DNA of 64,000 nucleotides from Fimicolochytrium jonesii (GCF_025526975.1 NW_026515669.1:1302001-1366000); one strand, 5' to 3'. Positions 47,701 through 62,056 are shown, counted from the stretch's first letter. Numbers and translations are program-made. Notes: generated by a model not told the origin, from the letters alone.

Positions 47701-50700
47701 TCAGCGCTTCGGATTTGAGTAGGAGGCTGGCGCAGGTGAGTGGGGAGGAGAGCAAGATGTTTTGGGCTAGGTGGTCGAGGAGGCAGGCGAGGGGGAGAGC
47801 CTCCCAGGGCCTTTCGGCGCGGATGAGTTCTTTGGCGAGGAATGTGAGCGATGTGGCCATTTCCCGCGGGTCTAGCCGTTGCGGATCGGAGAAAAGGTTG
47901 AGGTAGGGAAGGACGAAGGGTGGACTGTAGTGTGCGAGTAATAGAGGGTCGGTCGGGTGGGATGCGTGACCCCTCAGCAAGACCCCAAATAGCCTAGCCG
48001 CGAACGATGCCAGTGATAACCGTTTATCCAGATTGACGGTCAAATACGATGTCTGCACCATTTTGGTGGCTGACATGGCGGCCAGTGCAATATTCTTGAG
48101 CCCTCCAGCCCGCGCGACCATGGTCGCGAAATGGGCAGCGTGCTTCAGATCCCAGTCGTTCGCAGTACCCGCAAACAGCCGCACCCAATGCGTGACGACA
48201 CGCTGGCTGCCGAAAACGGCGTCGATTGCTTTGGACCAGAACAGACAGGCTGATTCATGGTCATTCCGGGTGTGTAGTAGCTTTGCGTACTCGTAGCTGG
48301 TGATGGCTTCCATCGTCCGGCTGTGGACTTTCTTTGACACTTTGAGGGTCTGCTCGTACGCTTCAGCCGCTGCGACGTATAGATCACCGTATGCGTCGGA
48401 TGTTGCGCCGGTGACGGCCATGGTCAGTTCGAGCTTGGCTGAGAGCCCGCGGGCAATCCAATGCAGGCGTGATGGACTCGAGTGAGACTGAGAGGACGCT
48501 AGCCATGTTGCGAGTTGATCAAAGACGGGCCCGGAGAAGGCGGCGTCACCGTAGAGTTGCTCAAAGCTCCTGGCAGCCGTCGCCAATACGGGCTTCAAGA
48601 AGGGCGCATAGACTCCTCGGAAGACTTGGTCGAATCTCAGCCCGAACTCCATGACGCGGTGATATTTAGAGGCAATATGCATCGCTTCGATCGCAAACAA
48701 GTTGATCGACGCAATCATCTGCAAATCTACAAGTGTGGTCTGGACTTCCCCGTGCTGATCCGACCAGCCGGCAACGTACTGATTTGAACAAAGTTCAGAG
48801 TAGGTTTGAAACGGTAAAGTGTGCCGCTGATTCTTCCCAGAGCGGAAGGTCGCTGTCACGGGCCGCGATGGATACATGAACGACCGTCCCGTCGAAGGCC
48901 GTGATGACGGCATACGAACGGCCTCTCCAACATCGGGCTCGTCGTCAGCATTGCGAATTCTCACATCCTGTAAGAAGTCAAGGAGACAGAGACCGATAAT
49001 CCACCACGCCCTCCACATATGGTTTGTGCGGAAGTCGGCGCCGGTGAGGACTCCGCGCCTGAGAAGTCGCTGCTGCATGTTCCAAAGATGTTTGCAGCTG
49101 TCCAACACCTGGTGCCATTCCCCTACTCGCGATCCGATGACGACGGATTGAACGATGCCCTGGTAAGCGTCCATGATGAAGCGGAAATTGTCATTGGATA
49201 TGGATGCCGCATCTGTCGTTCCAGCCTGTTTGGACGCCTTGGCATGAGCAATTTTCAGATCTGTGAGCAAGATACGTCCACACTTGCGAAGCTCGAACGG
49301 CTCGTCCCGAACATGTGCCTCCGGGCCAAAATCTTTCCCGACGGTATCCCTCGAAAAGTGCGCAAGACATGCCAGCCCATGTATCAGCGCCAAGCGGGAC
49401 CGAGCAGGTGCCTCGTAGTTGATAATTAATCGTAACCGACGAGTATACCGGCGGTAGTGCCAGAAAGCACTCAAGGACTTGTCGAGAATCCGAGCGGCCC
49501 GTTCCACGTTGTCCCGATCGGCTGCAGGTATACCGGCCAGATACGCCTGGCGCTGTGCGTTACGCTGTCGCTTGCGGGCCAGAGCGTCATCTGCCCCGTC
49601 CGGTGCCGCGCCTCGAGACTTGGCCGAGTGCGCGCTTCCAGCGCGAGATCTGCTTTCTCGGCCGGGGGATTGCTCTCGTTTGCCTTGCGATTGTTCCCTT
49701 TCTCTTTGGCTGGCGGTGCTCCCGCGGGAGCCTGATGCGCTTGAAGCGGCTTTGTCGTCTCCTGGGGTCGATGGTATTTCCTTGATTTCTGGCGGCGCAT
49801 GTTTACTAGCAGGCATCTCGCCTTCGTCATCAAATGGCGGTCTAGCATCAGCCACAGGCCCTTTAGGTTCACGGGATGCTCTCTCCTGAACCTTGGTGGG
49901 ACCCGGTGGTTTGAGTGTTTCCCTATGAGTTAGAGTTAATGTATTAGTGCTTGGTGGCACCGTATGGATACTGTATGCAACTAATCGACTCTACTTTTGC
50001 GATTTCCGGCCCCTCTTCTTATCATCAACCTTTGCGATCGACAATCCAGCCGTCTTATCCGAAAACAAGCCTTTCTTCTTTTTCTTGCTCCACCAACCGT
50101 CCTTCTGCTTTTCGTCCTCCTCAGAGCTCATCAGCTGATCGAAATTCACAATGCAAAAGTTCCGCTTCTCAGTCCAATCTTCCGCATCTGAGCATATCCG
50201 AATCGCCGTGTCAATAAAATGGCCTGCCGCAAGACACCACGCGGCCGCGAAGGCCATCAACTCAACGAATCGTGGATTCTTGCGATAGCGAGCTAGATTC
50301 TCCATCGTCACGTCAGGTCCACTTTGGGTCAAAAGCATGTGAATCTCTCTCAGGGTCGTGGAGGCGGCATCCATGGCCTTACGCGCCGACGCTGCTTGCT
50401 GGGATGCAGGCCCACTGGCCTGCGTGGCAAGGTGCGCTTTTCCGATCTCCATGTCGAAGTACTCGCAAATGCTTTCGAGTCTCCTCGAATTGCTAAGATC
50501 GTATCCCGCTTTGAAGTTATGCGAGGCAGCAAGGAGCGCGTGGAAAAGGCATTCGGTCATTAGCGCTTTGCCTTTGCCCTTTTTCTTGCTGATGAAGCGC
50601 TTGACAGATTTGTGTGAGGATCCTAGCCATTCTTCTTCGAGGGAGTTGGAACTCATGATGCGCGCTTCGCAATCAACGCCCACGATTGAGCGAATGAGAG

Positions 50701-53700
50701 TAAGTGCTTCCTCGGCGACTTGCACGGCTTTTTGGATATCAGAAGTCCGTCGGCCTGCTAGTAAGCGTCGCGTAAGGTGGAATGCAACGAAAGAGTAGTG
50801 ATCGCGAACTCCTTGGGCGCGATCGTTGCCAAGGATGGCGGAGCATCGTATGAATGTGCGGTGGCATGCGAGGAGAACTTGAGTGACAAACGGGAAAGGA
50901 GCCGGATCTTTCGGGCGCATTTGCAACTTCGTGGGATCGGCAACGTCATCACATTGAAGTAGAGGGACGAGTAGCTCATGGCACTTGAAAGATGATAAGA
51001 GCATCAATCTCTCGTCCCCAATACGGTCGGCAAGCTTTAAGGCAACGAGAAGCTCCCGACAGCTCCTCAATCGCAACATTTGCGCGCTCAAGGTATCCCT
51101 CGCGCCTTCCATATCTGAGTGCACAATGGCTTGCGTAGAGGCAAACGCCCGATCGATGCTTGCATATATGCTTTCAATATAGCCCCGAATGATTGCTGGT
51201 GCAGTTGCGTCTAGGTCGGTCTCGTGAAGTTTGAATACCTCCTCCTCCTGAAATCCAATACCAGTTTTTGGATCGGCTTCTATCGGGCGACGCAACCGAT
51301 TATCAGGCGCAAGCCACAAGATGTATTGCTTGCTTAGCACCTTGTGAGCTCCATCTGCCACAGTGCTCCACTGCACTTCTTGCGCAATGCTGGAAAGTTG
51401 ACCCCAGCATAGCAGCAATGGAAGTGGCAGACATGCGACGATAGGCTTGCTGGTCTCGCCCACACCCTTCCCGAGCATCTCCCCGTCTTCTCCGTATGCG
51501 CCAACGGCAAACACATAGCGTTCATTGGGCGTCAGCCCCGAAACGATCATTTCCAGATTTGTTGTAGTTCCTCGAGTAGGTAGAGGAGATCCGGTTCCAA
51601 GATAGGCTACATCCGCAACGGAGACGATTGCGACTTCGGAAGTCACTCTTCGGCAGAACACCTGATAAGTGTATGGAATTACGGGCTGCTTATTGTCATC
51701 CAACATATGTACCGGTCGGACTGTGATCGAAGTCGGTGACCTGCGCACGAAGATTGGCGGTGGACACCTCCAGAGGGCCGTGGTCGATGGCGGTACATCC
51801 TTCCGATTCAAATCAAGTAGCAGCCTTCGTTCATCTTGATGAACCCGGTGAAGCAGAGATGTTGCCTCTTGAAGCAGGTCATGCTTTGCGCTTCGGCTCA
51901 GGTTTGAGCCTTCCGAAGCGTGAGCCGCGCACAATAATGCCCTCAAGGCCAAGTTCTCCCGGCAGTACTTTTTTATGTCCTCCTCTTTCAGTGTCGTTAG
52001 AACTGGGTCCACCTGGAGGACCTTGTTTGTGAGGAGTGCATACTGACTTTCTTTCCGCCGTTGCTCCGCTTCTCGTGTATGATAGGAGAGCTTCATTCGG
52101 CAACGGAACAACCGACGGTAAACACTGACAGCCGCGCATGCTAGATTCCGTCTCGAGAATTGCAGTTTCTCGCTCCTCGTGAGAGGCGCTGTAGGATCGA
52201 TCGAACTGTTAACCACCCTGATTAACTCCGCCGTGTCGGAAAGATGGGTGTTAGGGTGGAAGTTGAGGTTGCACGTGATGGCGGAGACGCTTTCGGCGCT
52301 TTCTCCCAGTCGATAGCGGGCGAAGTTGAGGACAGCCTCCATATCTTCCAGAACCTGAACCGCTTCCTCGAGGTCGCCCGTGCATTCGAGAACCAAGGCA
52401 AGTTTTCCAGCCACATCGATGAGGAGAAGGGAGTCCTCGAATGGCATTTCAGTCAGGACCGCGTGCAAGAAGCGAAGCAGGATGATGAGTAAACTATCCC
52501 CATTCAAGTTCTCGCATTGAGCTGCGTCCGCCACAGAATTGATGGAACGGAGCATAGGCTCCAGATACTCCCATAGAAGACGGGCGGTACCCACGAACAG
52601 CCCTGGAGCCCAGGTGACGAGCGAGTCACTCTCGATGCAATCGGCAAGGGCATCGAGCACAGCTATAGCGGCCGTATGCAATTCCGTCGAGATTTCGAAG
52701 CGCGAGCGATTCAGAGCCATCATCGATCTGCTGGAAGCCGGAACGTCTGCGCCGAAGGCCACCTTTCGATCGGCATGAGCTACGTTGTGGAAGTTGATGC
52801 AGGCAAGTCGCAGCACTAACTCCTTTGATGTCGCCATTTGATCAAGGTCTGAGCAACTGTTGCCAAAATGATCCTGCTGGAATGAATCGTCCAGGAGACG
52901 TCCAAGTACGCTGAAGCGCTGCCACTGATGCATCTCGTAAAGCTTCCGACAGTATGACATTAGGTCCTCAAAATTCAATCCAGTCCATCGATGGTGTACC
53001 ATGATACGAGCGAGCTCTGCTGCTTGAGGTGGCTTTCCAAGGGTCAACTCTGTGGTAAATGCGGCCATCACCCGTGATGGTGTGAGAAATTCTTCGGAGT
53101 CGAGCAGAATAATTTCAAATCCAACATCCAGCAGGATCAGGAGAATTTGCTGGCGACGGTCAAAGTCCGTCGACAAGCGCTCGATTGCCTTCATATCGAC
53201 CGTCGAAGATGATAGGGCGTGGAGTCCTTCGACAATGGCCCGAAATCTGTCCCTATCACCATGAAACGATGCCAGCATATACATGATGTCGAACATGATC
53301 TGTCTCCGGGCTTTGCCTTCTTCGGATTCATCAAGCTTTGGTGCCACAGGCTTGCCTTTCTTGCCAGTCGATCTGGCGGAAGCTGCTACCTGCTGCCGAG
53401 GCTTGGGCCGGCTGAGATCGTTGAATCCTTCACTGACAGTTCCTTCTGCTAGTGCACTGCCCTCATCGAACAATGAACCGGGACGCATCATGTTTCGACC
53501 CGGAGCATATCCTTGCTTTTTGATGAGTTGTCCCACGGCTCTTGTCGAGAGACTCCGAGCCAACTTCCGACCCCCTCCTCTTAGTTTGACCATCGAGTCG
53601 CCCTTATCTTCTGAATTTTCATCCCATGCATCACCTTGCCCCTTCATGAACAGACCAGCGATGCTTTGCTGCGACTGGCTAAGATTGAGGACCGAAGATC

Positions 53701-55108
53701 CCCGCAGGTGTTCCTGATCCTCTTGTCCTTTCCAGATCGCTGCCCCCCGGATCGGCGAGTCCTGAAAGAGTTTCCGCAGAGGCGTTCTTGTTCGCACAGA
53801 TGTTCTGGGTCCGTCATCGGCAGCACTATCCTGTGTCACGCTCGGACGTTGCCGAAATCCCATAGCAGAACCTGGGGCGCTTGGTGCTTTTACAATAATT
53901 TCCACGGTCGCGATCTCCTTCCCCTTCCCATCGGCCATTGCTCGCACCTCACAACCGAACATTAACACATTCAGTCGAAACATTGAATGCGTAATCACGT
54001 CACGCCAATCTGCCGTCTTTGGGTCGTTCTCGTTCCCTTCTATGTCCTTGACGTTCGCCACGAGATCATGAATCTCTTTCATCTTTTCAACGTCCTTCAT
54101 GACGCCGTCAATCAAGTCCAGTGCTTGGTCGTACCCATCGGTCCGCAGTAGGCAGTTGTATATCACGGTGTATTGGTCAACCCGCCAACCTAAATATCTC
54201 GGTTCTGAAAGTTCCGGTGATGTCTCAATGATTGTGACAGACTCGACTAACAAGTCAGCAATCTGTATAAATGCCGACGAATCAGTTGGGTCGGCTCAAT
54301 TTTTTGCCCGAATACAGAAACGAAAGTAACGCACCTCCTCCAGCCAGTCTGCCTCGCGCAACCCGTCGCACATCTCCTTGATGATTTGTCCTGCCTTCCA
54401 AAGCAGGCTCGTAACCTCTTTACTGCTGCTCGACTTCACGCATTCTCGCATCACGCCCATGATATCCGAAAGCACCCGCAAGATACTGCTCACCATGTGA
54501 GAGTTCTTCAGGAACGTGTCGATACCTTTTAGTCGCTGAAGCTCGCACACCAGTTGTCCATACTTTGCTCGGAACATAAGCGCTTCAGGTGTTATAGCTT
54601 GAGAGGACGGTGCAGGTTGCGCATACCCTCGCTTTGCATCGGCGTCTGATGAAAGAGGAACCGGAAATAGTGCTGGTATCGACTTGAGCGGCTGCTCTTT
54701 GGTTGACTGCGGACGACTTCTACTCATCGGCGTCTCTGGCTTCTTGATGCTCTCCAGGAACCTATCAAAGCATGCAGCATTGGCCACTTGCCAGAAGTCT
54801 TCAATCTCCATGATGAGCTCCCCGGCTTCGACCATCCTAGTGTGCACATATTGCGGATCAACATGTGGCGTGAACATTTCCCAACACTTGGTCAGCTGTG
54901 TGGCGAGAAGCCGACGCCGCATGTTGGATGATGCATGAAGTGGGACCGTCGAAGGATCCGGCTTTTTGGATTTCTCGGACACCCTTTGACGGGATACCGA
55001 TTGCTTTTCCTTCGGTTCGACCTCATTTCTGGCAGCGAACGCTCGGATGCGTCGGATGCATGCCCTGATCTCATTATCGAAAGTATGTAGAAGAGATGCT
55101 CTCTTCAT
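44758..55108 (-). CDS. CFAP54: Cilia- and flagella-associated protein 54 (~3,300 aa)
   Basis: Five exons joined in frame by introns 54334-54263, 49994-49923, 46994-46929 and 45178-45091. CPPPIFVRRSPTSITVRP..GTGSPLP..VSGLTPNERYVFAVGAYGEDGEMLGKGVGETSKPIVACLPLPLLLCWGQL matches the FN3-like block I recall from CFAP54. Confidence 0.82.
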
Positions 55109-55804
55109 GCGACCTAGAAGCGGATGAACAATTGAAGGCGGAGGCGCTAGCAAGTTAAGGAAGGTGTTGTTGGCGCCTTTGCTGAGCGGGAGAAGGGTCG
55201 ACTGGACGATATTGCGATTCCTGTCATTGTAATCCGTAGCCAAGTGGCTATCGCAAAGACCCAAGTACGCCGAAGTTGCCATTTTGTGGCTTCCGTATGA
55301 AAAGCAGATCCCAGCTCTCACAAGGGGCTTTCACAGCAGTCACGGAAGGTCGGCTACGGGGACCCTGATCCTATGTGCGACAAAAAGCCACGAAAGTCCG
55401 AAAGTTTCGCGTCGGAGTTGGAACACGTAAGCGTACGCTTAAACATCTTCATTCGGGGTCTTGACATCGAACGGCGGACCCCTTCTGCAGAACACAGAAG
55501 GAAGCAGATATTCGTCGGTGTCTTGCAGCTTCTCCAACGCGAAGCGGATCTCGGTATTCTAGCCGGCAGATCCCCCATGACCATCATTTCGGCCTGATTG
55601 GAAAACATACTATTTGGAGCATTGGAAGCTTCCTTTTTGGAACATTCATTTGCATATAATGTAGGCTTAAAAACATTATACATACCATGGTCGCTTTACA
55701 TACTTGCATTAAGAAACGTAGTAGCTGTGCAGTGGTCTAATCTAGCAGTGTCGCTTGTGCTGTGCGGGCCCGTGCTGAGGGCGCGTGTGCCAGCTTGTGC
55801 CTGC

Positions 55805-56412
55805 TCGCGCTGCATCAAAGTCTCATCAACTGGGGAAGTCTTAGGATGGGTGTGCTGGGGATTTAGTGGGTACGCCGAGACGACAGCAGCATCGGCTACG
55901 ACAAATACAAGTGTGGGGCAGATTCGCTCCGAAAGGCGATGACAAAGTTGCTGCGAGCGGGGCACGCGCCGAGGAGGAGGAGGGGGCATTGGCTATCGCT
56001 GATCAATCTACTGGGAAAAGGCTGACACCGGAGGGTCTCGAGCAACTCACGTCAGAAAATATGCAGCGCTGGCAGAAGCGCCTGATGCCACCAAAAAGCA
56101 AGATGTTGTACATACCTCTGCTCGTGCGTGGTCGACCCGAGGCATGGGGGCCGAGGTGTTGGGTCCGTGCTGGTGCGATGGGGCACGAGCCGCGCCGACG
56201 CCGGCGGTGTCGCCGCTTGGGTGCACGCGTCAGAGGCGGGAAAGTCCATGTTCTTGCGGCAGGGGTTCGTCGAAATGGGCAAGCTGGTGTTGGACTTGGA
56301 CAGATACGCCGTTACGGATGATGCGGGGAAACCATGGGGCACCTACACCTTCACCTATATGGTACGGCAGCCCATTGAGACAGGTGGGGAAGGCAGGTCG
56401 CCGTACATTTGA
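55805..56412 (+). pseudogene. Frameshifted GNAT-family N-acetyltransferase
   Basis: Three frames: IKVSSTGEVLGWVCWGFSG / ..LEQLTSENMQRWQKRLMPPKSKMLYI / VDPRHGGRGVGSVLVRWGTSRADAGGVAAWVHASEAGKSMFLRQGF..WGTYTFTYMVRQP (acetyl-CoA motif A). No introns explain the shifts at ~55900 and ~56125; no clear 5' end. Confidence 0.65.
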
Positions 56413-56905
56413 ATGAGACATCAGGTATCGGGAGATGATCGTGGACGCGCCATATGGTGAAAAGTGGTTATTGTAGAATATACAGTCATATAGAACCGAT
56501 TATGCACCGCTAATCACACCCTCGCCAAATATATACCTATTCGATCCCACTTCCCCGATCTTACTCCCAAAAACGTAGCGCTCGGTAACATCGCTCCCGG
56601 CAACCGTGCCCGTAGAAGTCGCCGGTGCTACCCATCATACTAGCCCCATCATATTGGGCAGTCCTGGGCCAGCCCAGCATTGCCCATGGTATACGCCGCA
56701 TGTCACTTTGGTCGATCTGCTGCAAATCCCTGGGAAACAGTCTCCGACGCTTCCGTGATGCCGTATCGGATTCTCCGACTGGGAGATGGTCTTCGTGCTC
56801 ACGAACGATGGCTGGAGGATAGCGGAGCTCAACCCCCCGTCAGAGGTGAGAAACGCTGAGCTCCACGGCCCCTTCCCGTGTGATCGATGATTCCTTAGGA
56901 GTCCG

Positions 56906-57582
56906 TTACTCAACATCCAGCTTGGCCTCTTCAACAGCTCGTTGTCTCGCAACATGAGCAGAGTGTTCAGGGTATTGCCCGGCTACTCTGGCTCGCAGCG
57001 CTCTACATATGGACGCAATGTCAATTCCTTTGTGATGCCTTCGCCAGAGGAAGAATAAGCGGCACACACCGTATCCGTCTGAAGACAACCTCCAAATCCG
57101 CGTGCATCGTCTTCATCATCTTTGTGTAGAGGGCTAGGGCGCTGACTGAGTGCGCGTATCTGGAAGCGGAGTGCCGGTTGAACCGTTCGAGGGTGAGAGA
57201 GGTATCCCGGAGGATGTTTACACTGGATATGGAGATATCGAGGAGTGGGGTGAGAAACGTCTGCGCGCTCGGGGTCACGCCGCTACCAGTGGCCGGCCGA
57301 AATTCCTTCCTCCCAGTTTCTCCTCAACTATCTATCCCACACAAGACCCTCAACATACGTAGTCTCCTGTGTCCTCACCATCGCAGCCATCTCTTCCGCA
57401 TCAACAGTCGACGCCAGCGCCCGGGTGAAGTACTTGGAAGCGGAAATGTCTGCGTCGGAGCCAGCATCTTGGCTGGCCAGGCTGCTCGATGCGGAGACTG
57501 TGCGGGTGAGTTTGGTGTCGAGTGATGCAGGGAGTGGTGGTGGACGGCCGGGGGCTGGGTTGGGGGCACCTTTGGAAGACAT
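56906..57582 (-). CDS. KXD1: KxDL motif protein (BLOC-1/BORC subunit Kxd1-like)
   Basis: Three exons: ..VDAEEMAAMVRTQET|TVNILRDTSLTLERFN..YTKMMKTMHADLEVVFRRIR|ALRARVAGQYPE, matching the KxDL family pattern DLxxxFxRIRxLK..YP. Confidence 0.75.
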
Positions 57583-58402
57583 TTCTGCCCTGAGGCGGTG
57601 GAGCTGATTGGGAAGATTGGGACGACTCCGTTCAATTTCCAAAGCCTGAAAGCTCTTGTCAAAACGCGTTGTGAACTTGTGGTGCCCATGCTCATATAGT
57701 CTCCCCGTTGGCAGTATTGGCCCCGCATCTGCGCGCTGTGGGACGGAACGTTCTGCGTGCACTTCAACAGACGCAGTAGAGACCGGAGGTTGCCCATATG
57801 GAGACCTCAACGAGCTTCGACCGGTGCGCTTCACATAATGTCAAAAGGTGTAGAGCCGGAACCAAGTTCTTTCTCGCGGCCGTCTCAGACGATCTAAGAA
57901 GATTCAGCATCAATAAACCCAATAAACCCAGCAGGCGCCAAAACCGATGTCCATGTGCACAAGCGTGGCTGATTGGTCAAGAGCCGCCTTCATCCCACGG
58001 ACTAGGAGAGAAAGAGGTAATCAGCGAGGTCTATCGCCTGCAAATGAAACTGCTGGCCGGGGCTTTCGCGACGGCGCTCTAAAGAAGGACGAGGCGACGA
58101 TTTTTGATGGCAGGAATGCGTAGAGAATCCTCGTGGATTTTGAATGAGGGCTAGGAGCAGCCCACGCATCGGCATCGGTGGCTATCAGGACGAGTATGTT
58201 CTCACGTACACGACGTACGGCATCAATGAGGAGACACTGGAACGCAGGCAGATTCACCGGCTCTGCAGATGGGTACTGGAGCGGATCAGCGTGGAAAACG
58301 ATGGGTATAACCGTATACCTCAAGATCAATTCCTCGATTGCGCAGAAAGTGTGGGCCATCTCCAACCATAACGTCACTCTTCTCGAAAGACGTGCGTTAC
58401 GA

Positions 58403-58423
58403 CCCCCCCCCCCCCCCCCCCCC
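58403..58423 (+). repeat. Poly-C run (21 nt)
   Basis: Direct read. Confidence 0.9.
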
Positions 58424-59356
58424 AACCAGCGAGCGAAAGAAAAAGGTAGCATCTTTTCGCGCTGTATGGGCAACTTAATCCAGGGCCTGCTCTGCCGGAT
58501 GTCCCTCACAACCTCACAATGGGTTTCCATTGATGATGAGGCTCTACGGTTTACGCTGCCGAAGTTCGAACGAGGCTTATTCCACGAAAATTGAGGAGAG
58601 AAACATTTCGGTCCCATGATGGGCTTGGCAAATGATCGTCGTCGGCTTGCGCATGGATTATGACGGATATTTCCCGTAGACGGCATGCGATCGATATATG
58701 TTACCCCATTCCTGGTCGATGTCCAAATCAATTTTTGAGTGTTTTGTGGGGACACCTCCGCGAGATTGAATGCCTTGTGACTTCATCTCTTGCTAAGTCT
58801 TGCAGGCCGGGGTCCGGTGCTTCATGAATTGTGTCAGTTTGCCGCATGGCATTCGGGTGCATGTGCAGGGGTGTGGCCGTACATAGTACCGTACACAAGT
58901 AACACAACTTGCTGCGACGCTGCGGCGCCAACTTCGCTGACAATTGCAACCGAGCTCGCCAACACGCATGCCGCTGGGAGCATTGCACTGGCCAGGGGTA
59001 CAGCACTGCATGTAACCCGCCAAACACAAGATTCTTTCTGTCTACGTAAGGACGTGGGGCCTACTAGGCATCAACGAGACTTCAACCCACTCCCTCAACT
59101 CCGGGTACTTACCTTATACATATACGTCGCCGCTGTAAATCGTTCCGCACTCGCCCCAGTCTTCTTTTCGGGATCAGAGCATAGTTCCTGACCGGTGTTG
59201 GCGAAGCGCTCTTGAGCGTCCGTTCAATATACCGAGCACACGACAGACTACACACCCTACCACCGAGAGCACCCTAACGGCGGGATGACGGCGCAGAGCG
59301 AATCTGTATGGCCTCCAGCCGCCGTATCGAGTGATAACGGTTTCAACCCAACCCAT

Positions 59357-62056
59357 ATGCAGACGACGAGCAGTTCTGCAAGTGGACCCACTCCGCCACC
59401 GGCGTCAAAGGGCAGACTTCAAGCCTGTGGTAAGTGTTCGTTTGTCGTGTAAGAGCGCCTGGCGGAAAAGCATCAACTCTCCTGTCTTCGATGATTGGCT
59501 ACCTTCTCACGACCGCATCTTGCATGTGCAGACCGATGCCGACTTCGGAAACGAAAATGCAACGGAGGCCAGCCATATTGCAACAACTGTTCATTGGCAA
59601 GAAGCAAAGGCCAGCAAGGCATTGTATGTCAATATGCCGAGAAAAAGAAGCGACGAAAGCCACGCGTCCGCAACGAGCTGATGGCGCGATTAGAGGTGCT
59701 TGAAACGCTCCTTTTGCCGCTGCAAGGGAAAGATGAGCATCCTTTGGACGATAAGAGTCGAGCAGAGGCCAGGGCAGAGATAGCTGGCCTGTTGAAAGGC
59801 CTCAAGAAAAGGAATGCTCGCGAGCAGATTGAGGCGGAACAGGCCGAACACGACGAGGCTGTGGACACGGACAGCGAGGAAGACGGTGATCATGAGAGCG
59901 TTGGGAACGGAAGCATTGGGAATGGAAGCATTGTGTCAGGCGGTACAGCAGCCAGTGGTACTGGACCCTCGTCCTTTCCGATGGTTCAATCGCCATCCGT
60001 GATGTCCTCTAGTGGATCGGTGTTCTCTTCCTCGAACCTGTCCTTGAACGGTTCGATGTCAGCTTTGGCGCCGGTCACTACCCCCAACCTCCTTTCGGCG
60101 TTACCGGGTCATTACGACATCGAGCCCTTCGAACCGATCTCCTGGTCAGGATTGATATCGGATGATCTCATGGAGAGCATTCCAGATTTGTCCTACAGTG
60201 TCGCCCCCAATCATTTTGCTCAAGCTACCAACCCCCGTGCATCTATATCCCCGTCCATGGCTGTCACCGCGGCGCATATACCCGCCGATGCCCCGCATCT
60301 TTTCACACATCTCATCGCGCTGTACTTCGTCTCCATCAACACGTGCATGCCAATCTTCGATCTCGCCGAGTTCATGACGAATCTTACTCCCATCAACCGT
60401 CATCACCCTGCCGTGCTGTATGCCATCTACGCGTACGGCGCGCTCTTTTCACGCCATCCAGCTCTATACCAAGAACCGTACAAGACTCCGATGAATGCTG
60501 TAAACATGTTCATCGTTGAGGCCCTCAATCAGGTCGATGACTTGACAGATATTTGCGAAAGGTGCAGCGTGCTTGTCATGCTTTGCAAACTCTGCTACGG
60601 AATGGGTCGTCCCGCTCAAGCATATCAATTTTTCGGTATGTACTCGCGGTCTGACATCTCAACTTCTATGCATGTGGATATTTACTAATGAATTTGTGTC
60701 AAATTTTCAGGAAGCGCCGTACAAGCTGCGGAACGTGCAAAACTGGGATTTATTCAGAACTCGGACGAGAATCAGGCATTCACAATCTGGGGATCTTTAC
60801 CTCGCGCAGATCTGCAGCACCACTCGCCCAAAACCCTCATCGCGACTTGGTGCCTGTGCTTCCAAGCCGACACCTTGTTGACCATGGGAGCAAACGCGAA
60901 CCTGCTGATCGACGAGTCCCAGTACAGTCACATCCTGGCCATGATCAGCGATACTGAGAAACAAGCCCCCGTGAACCCGCCCGAGAGCTCAGCCGAAGCG
61001 GCCATCAAGCACTGGGCGACCTTCTTGGAGTCGTATTGCACGTACTCCATCCACGATTATCGTCCGGCGGCTTGGAGGCCCTCGTGGTACCTTTTGGAAT
61101 CCCACTGCACGAAAACCAAACCTTGGGCCATGCAGATGATGTACTTCTCGAGACGCCTATACCGTTTCAACCGCGCGATGCCTTTCGAGGTTAGCCCTGT
61201 TGTTCGCACTGCGGCCGATATCGTCTTGAAGACGATCAAGCAAACGAACGGTAACAACATGCAGGAGCGCGAAGAGGAGCGTGCGAACTTGCACAATGCG
61301 CTCATTGAATGGTGGAACGCACTCCCAGCCACAGAACGTGCGTTTGACAACTTGGACGTATTTATGGATGGACGCGAAATGCCTCGCCTACCAAGCGTCA
61401 CGCAACTCGCAAGTTTCCAGTTCTCTTTGCTGAATCTGTACTTCACCGGCCTGTTTTCCTGGCTCCACCACCGCGAAGGGATCGATCTTCAACATTACGA
61501 CTCCACCTCAGAACCGTTGTACCCAACTGGCCCGCATTCGAATTCACCTCGCGTGACGTCGACCCATATCCTATTGCTTACGTTCCGCGCACACTTGTTC
61601 TTCATCCGCGCCATCTACGCCATGCATGGTTTCGCCAGCGTCTCCGAAGTCTTCCTGGCCCCGCCCGGCGGCGCCCTCGGAGCCGTTCCGCACACCACCA
61701 TCGGGCCAAACTCGCCACCACCCCCACTCGTACTCATGCAGAACCCGCTCTGCGTGCAATCATGCTTCACCGTCTGCTTAGTGCATATCCGCCAAATCTC
61801 TCGCCTGCCGCCAGACAACCCGCAACGCAACGCCCTGCGCGAGGAATGCGTGTTTGCACTGACGAACGACATGCTGCCTATGTTTGTCAACGCCGGCCGT
61901 GTGTGGCCCGTGCTCAACGTGTTTGTTGACAGACTTCGGGACGCGATGCGCAGCTTGGTCCTTGGGGAACAGATCCCCACCAACATCGCTATGGACTCGG
62001 CGGCTATTGATGTCACGGGCATCACGAAGGAATTTCGGACGTCATTTAGTGTGTAG
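59357..62056 (+). CDS. Zn(II)2Cys6 binuclear-cluster transcription factor with fungal-specific middle homology region
   Basis: Intron 59430-59531 gives QAC|DRCRLRKRKCNGGQPYCNNC..CQY. LIALYFVSINTCMPIFD..LYAIYAYGA follows; intron 60636-60710 joins in frame to ORF 60875-62056. Confidence 0.92.

Noticed and set aside
58021..58755. 244-aa minus ORF and overlapping short plus ORFs
   Set aside because: No domain motifs or convincing splice structure, and it spans the poly-C run; could be a relic but is unsupported.
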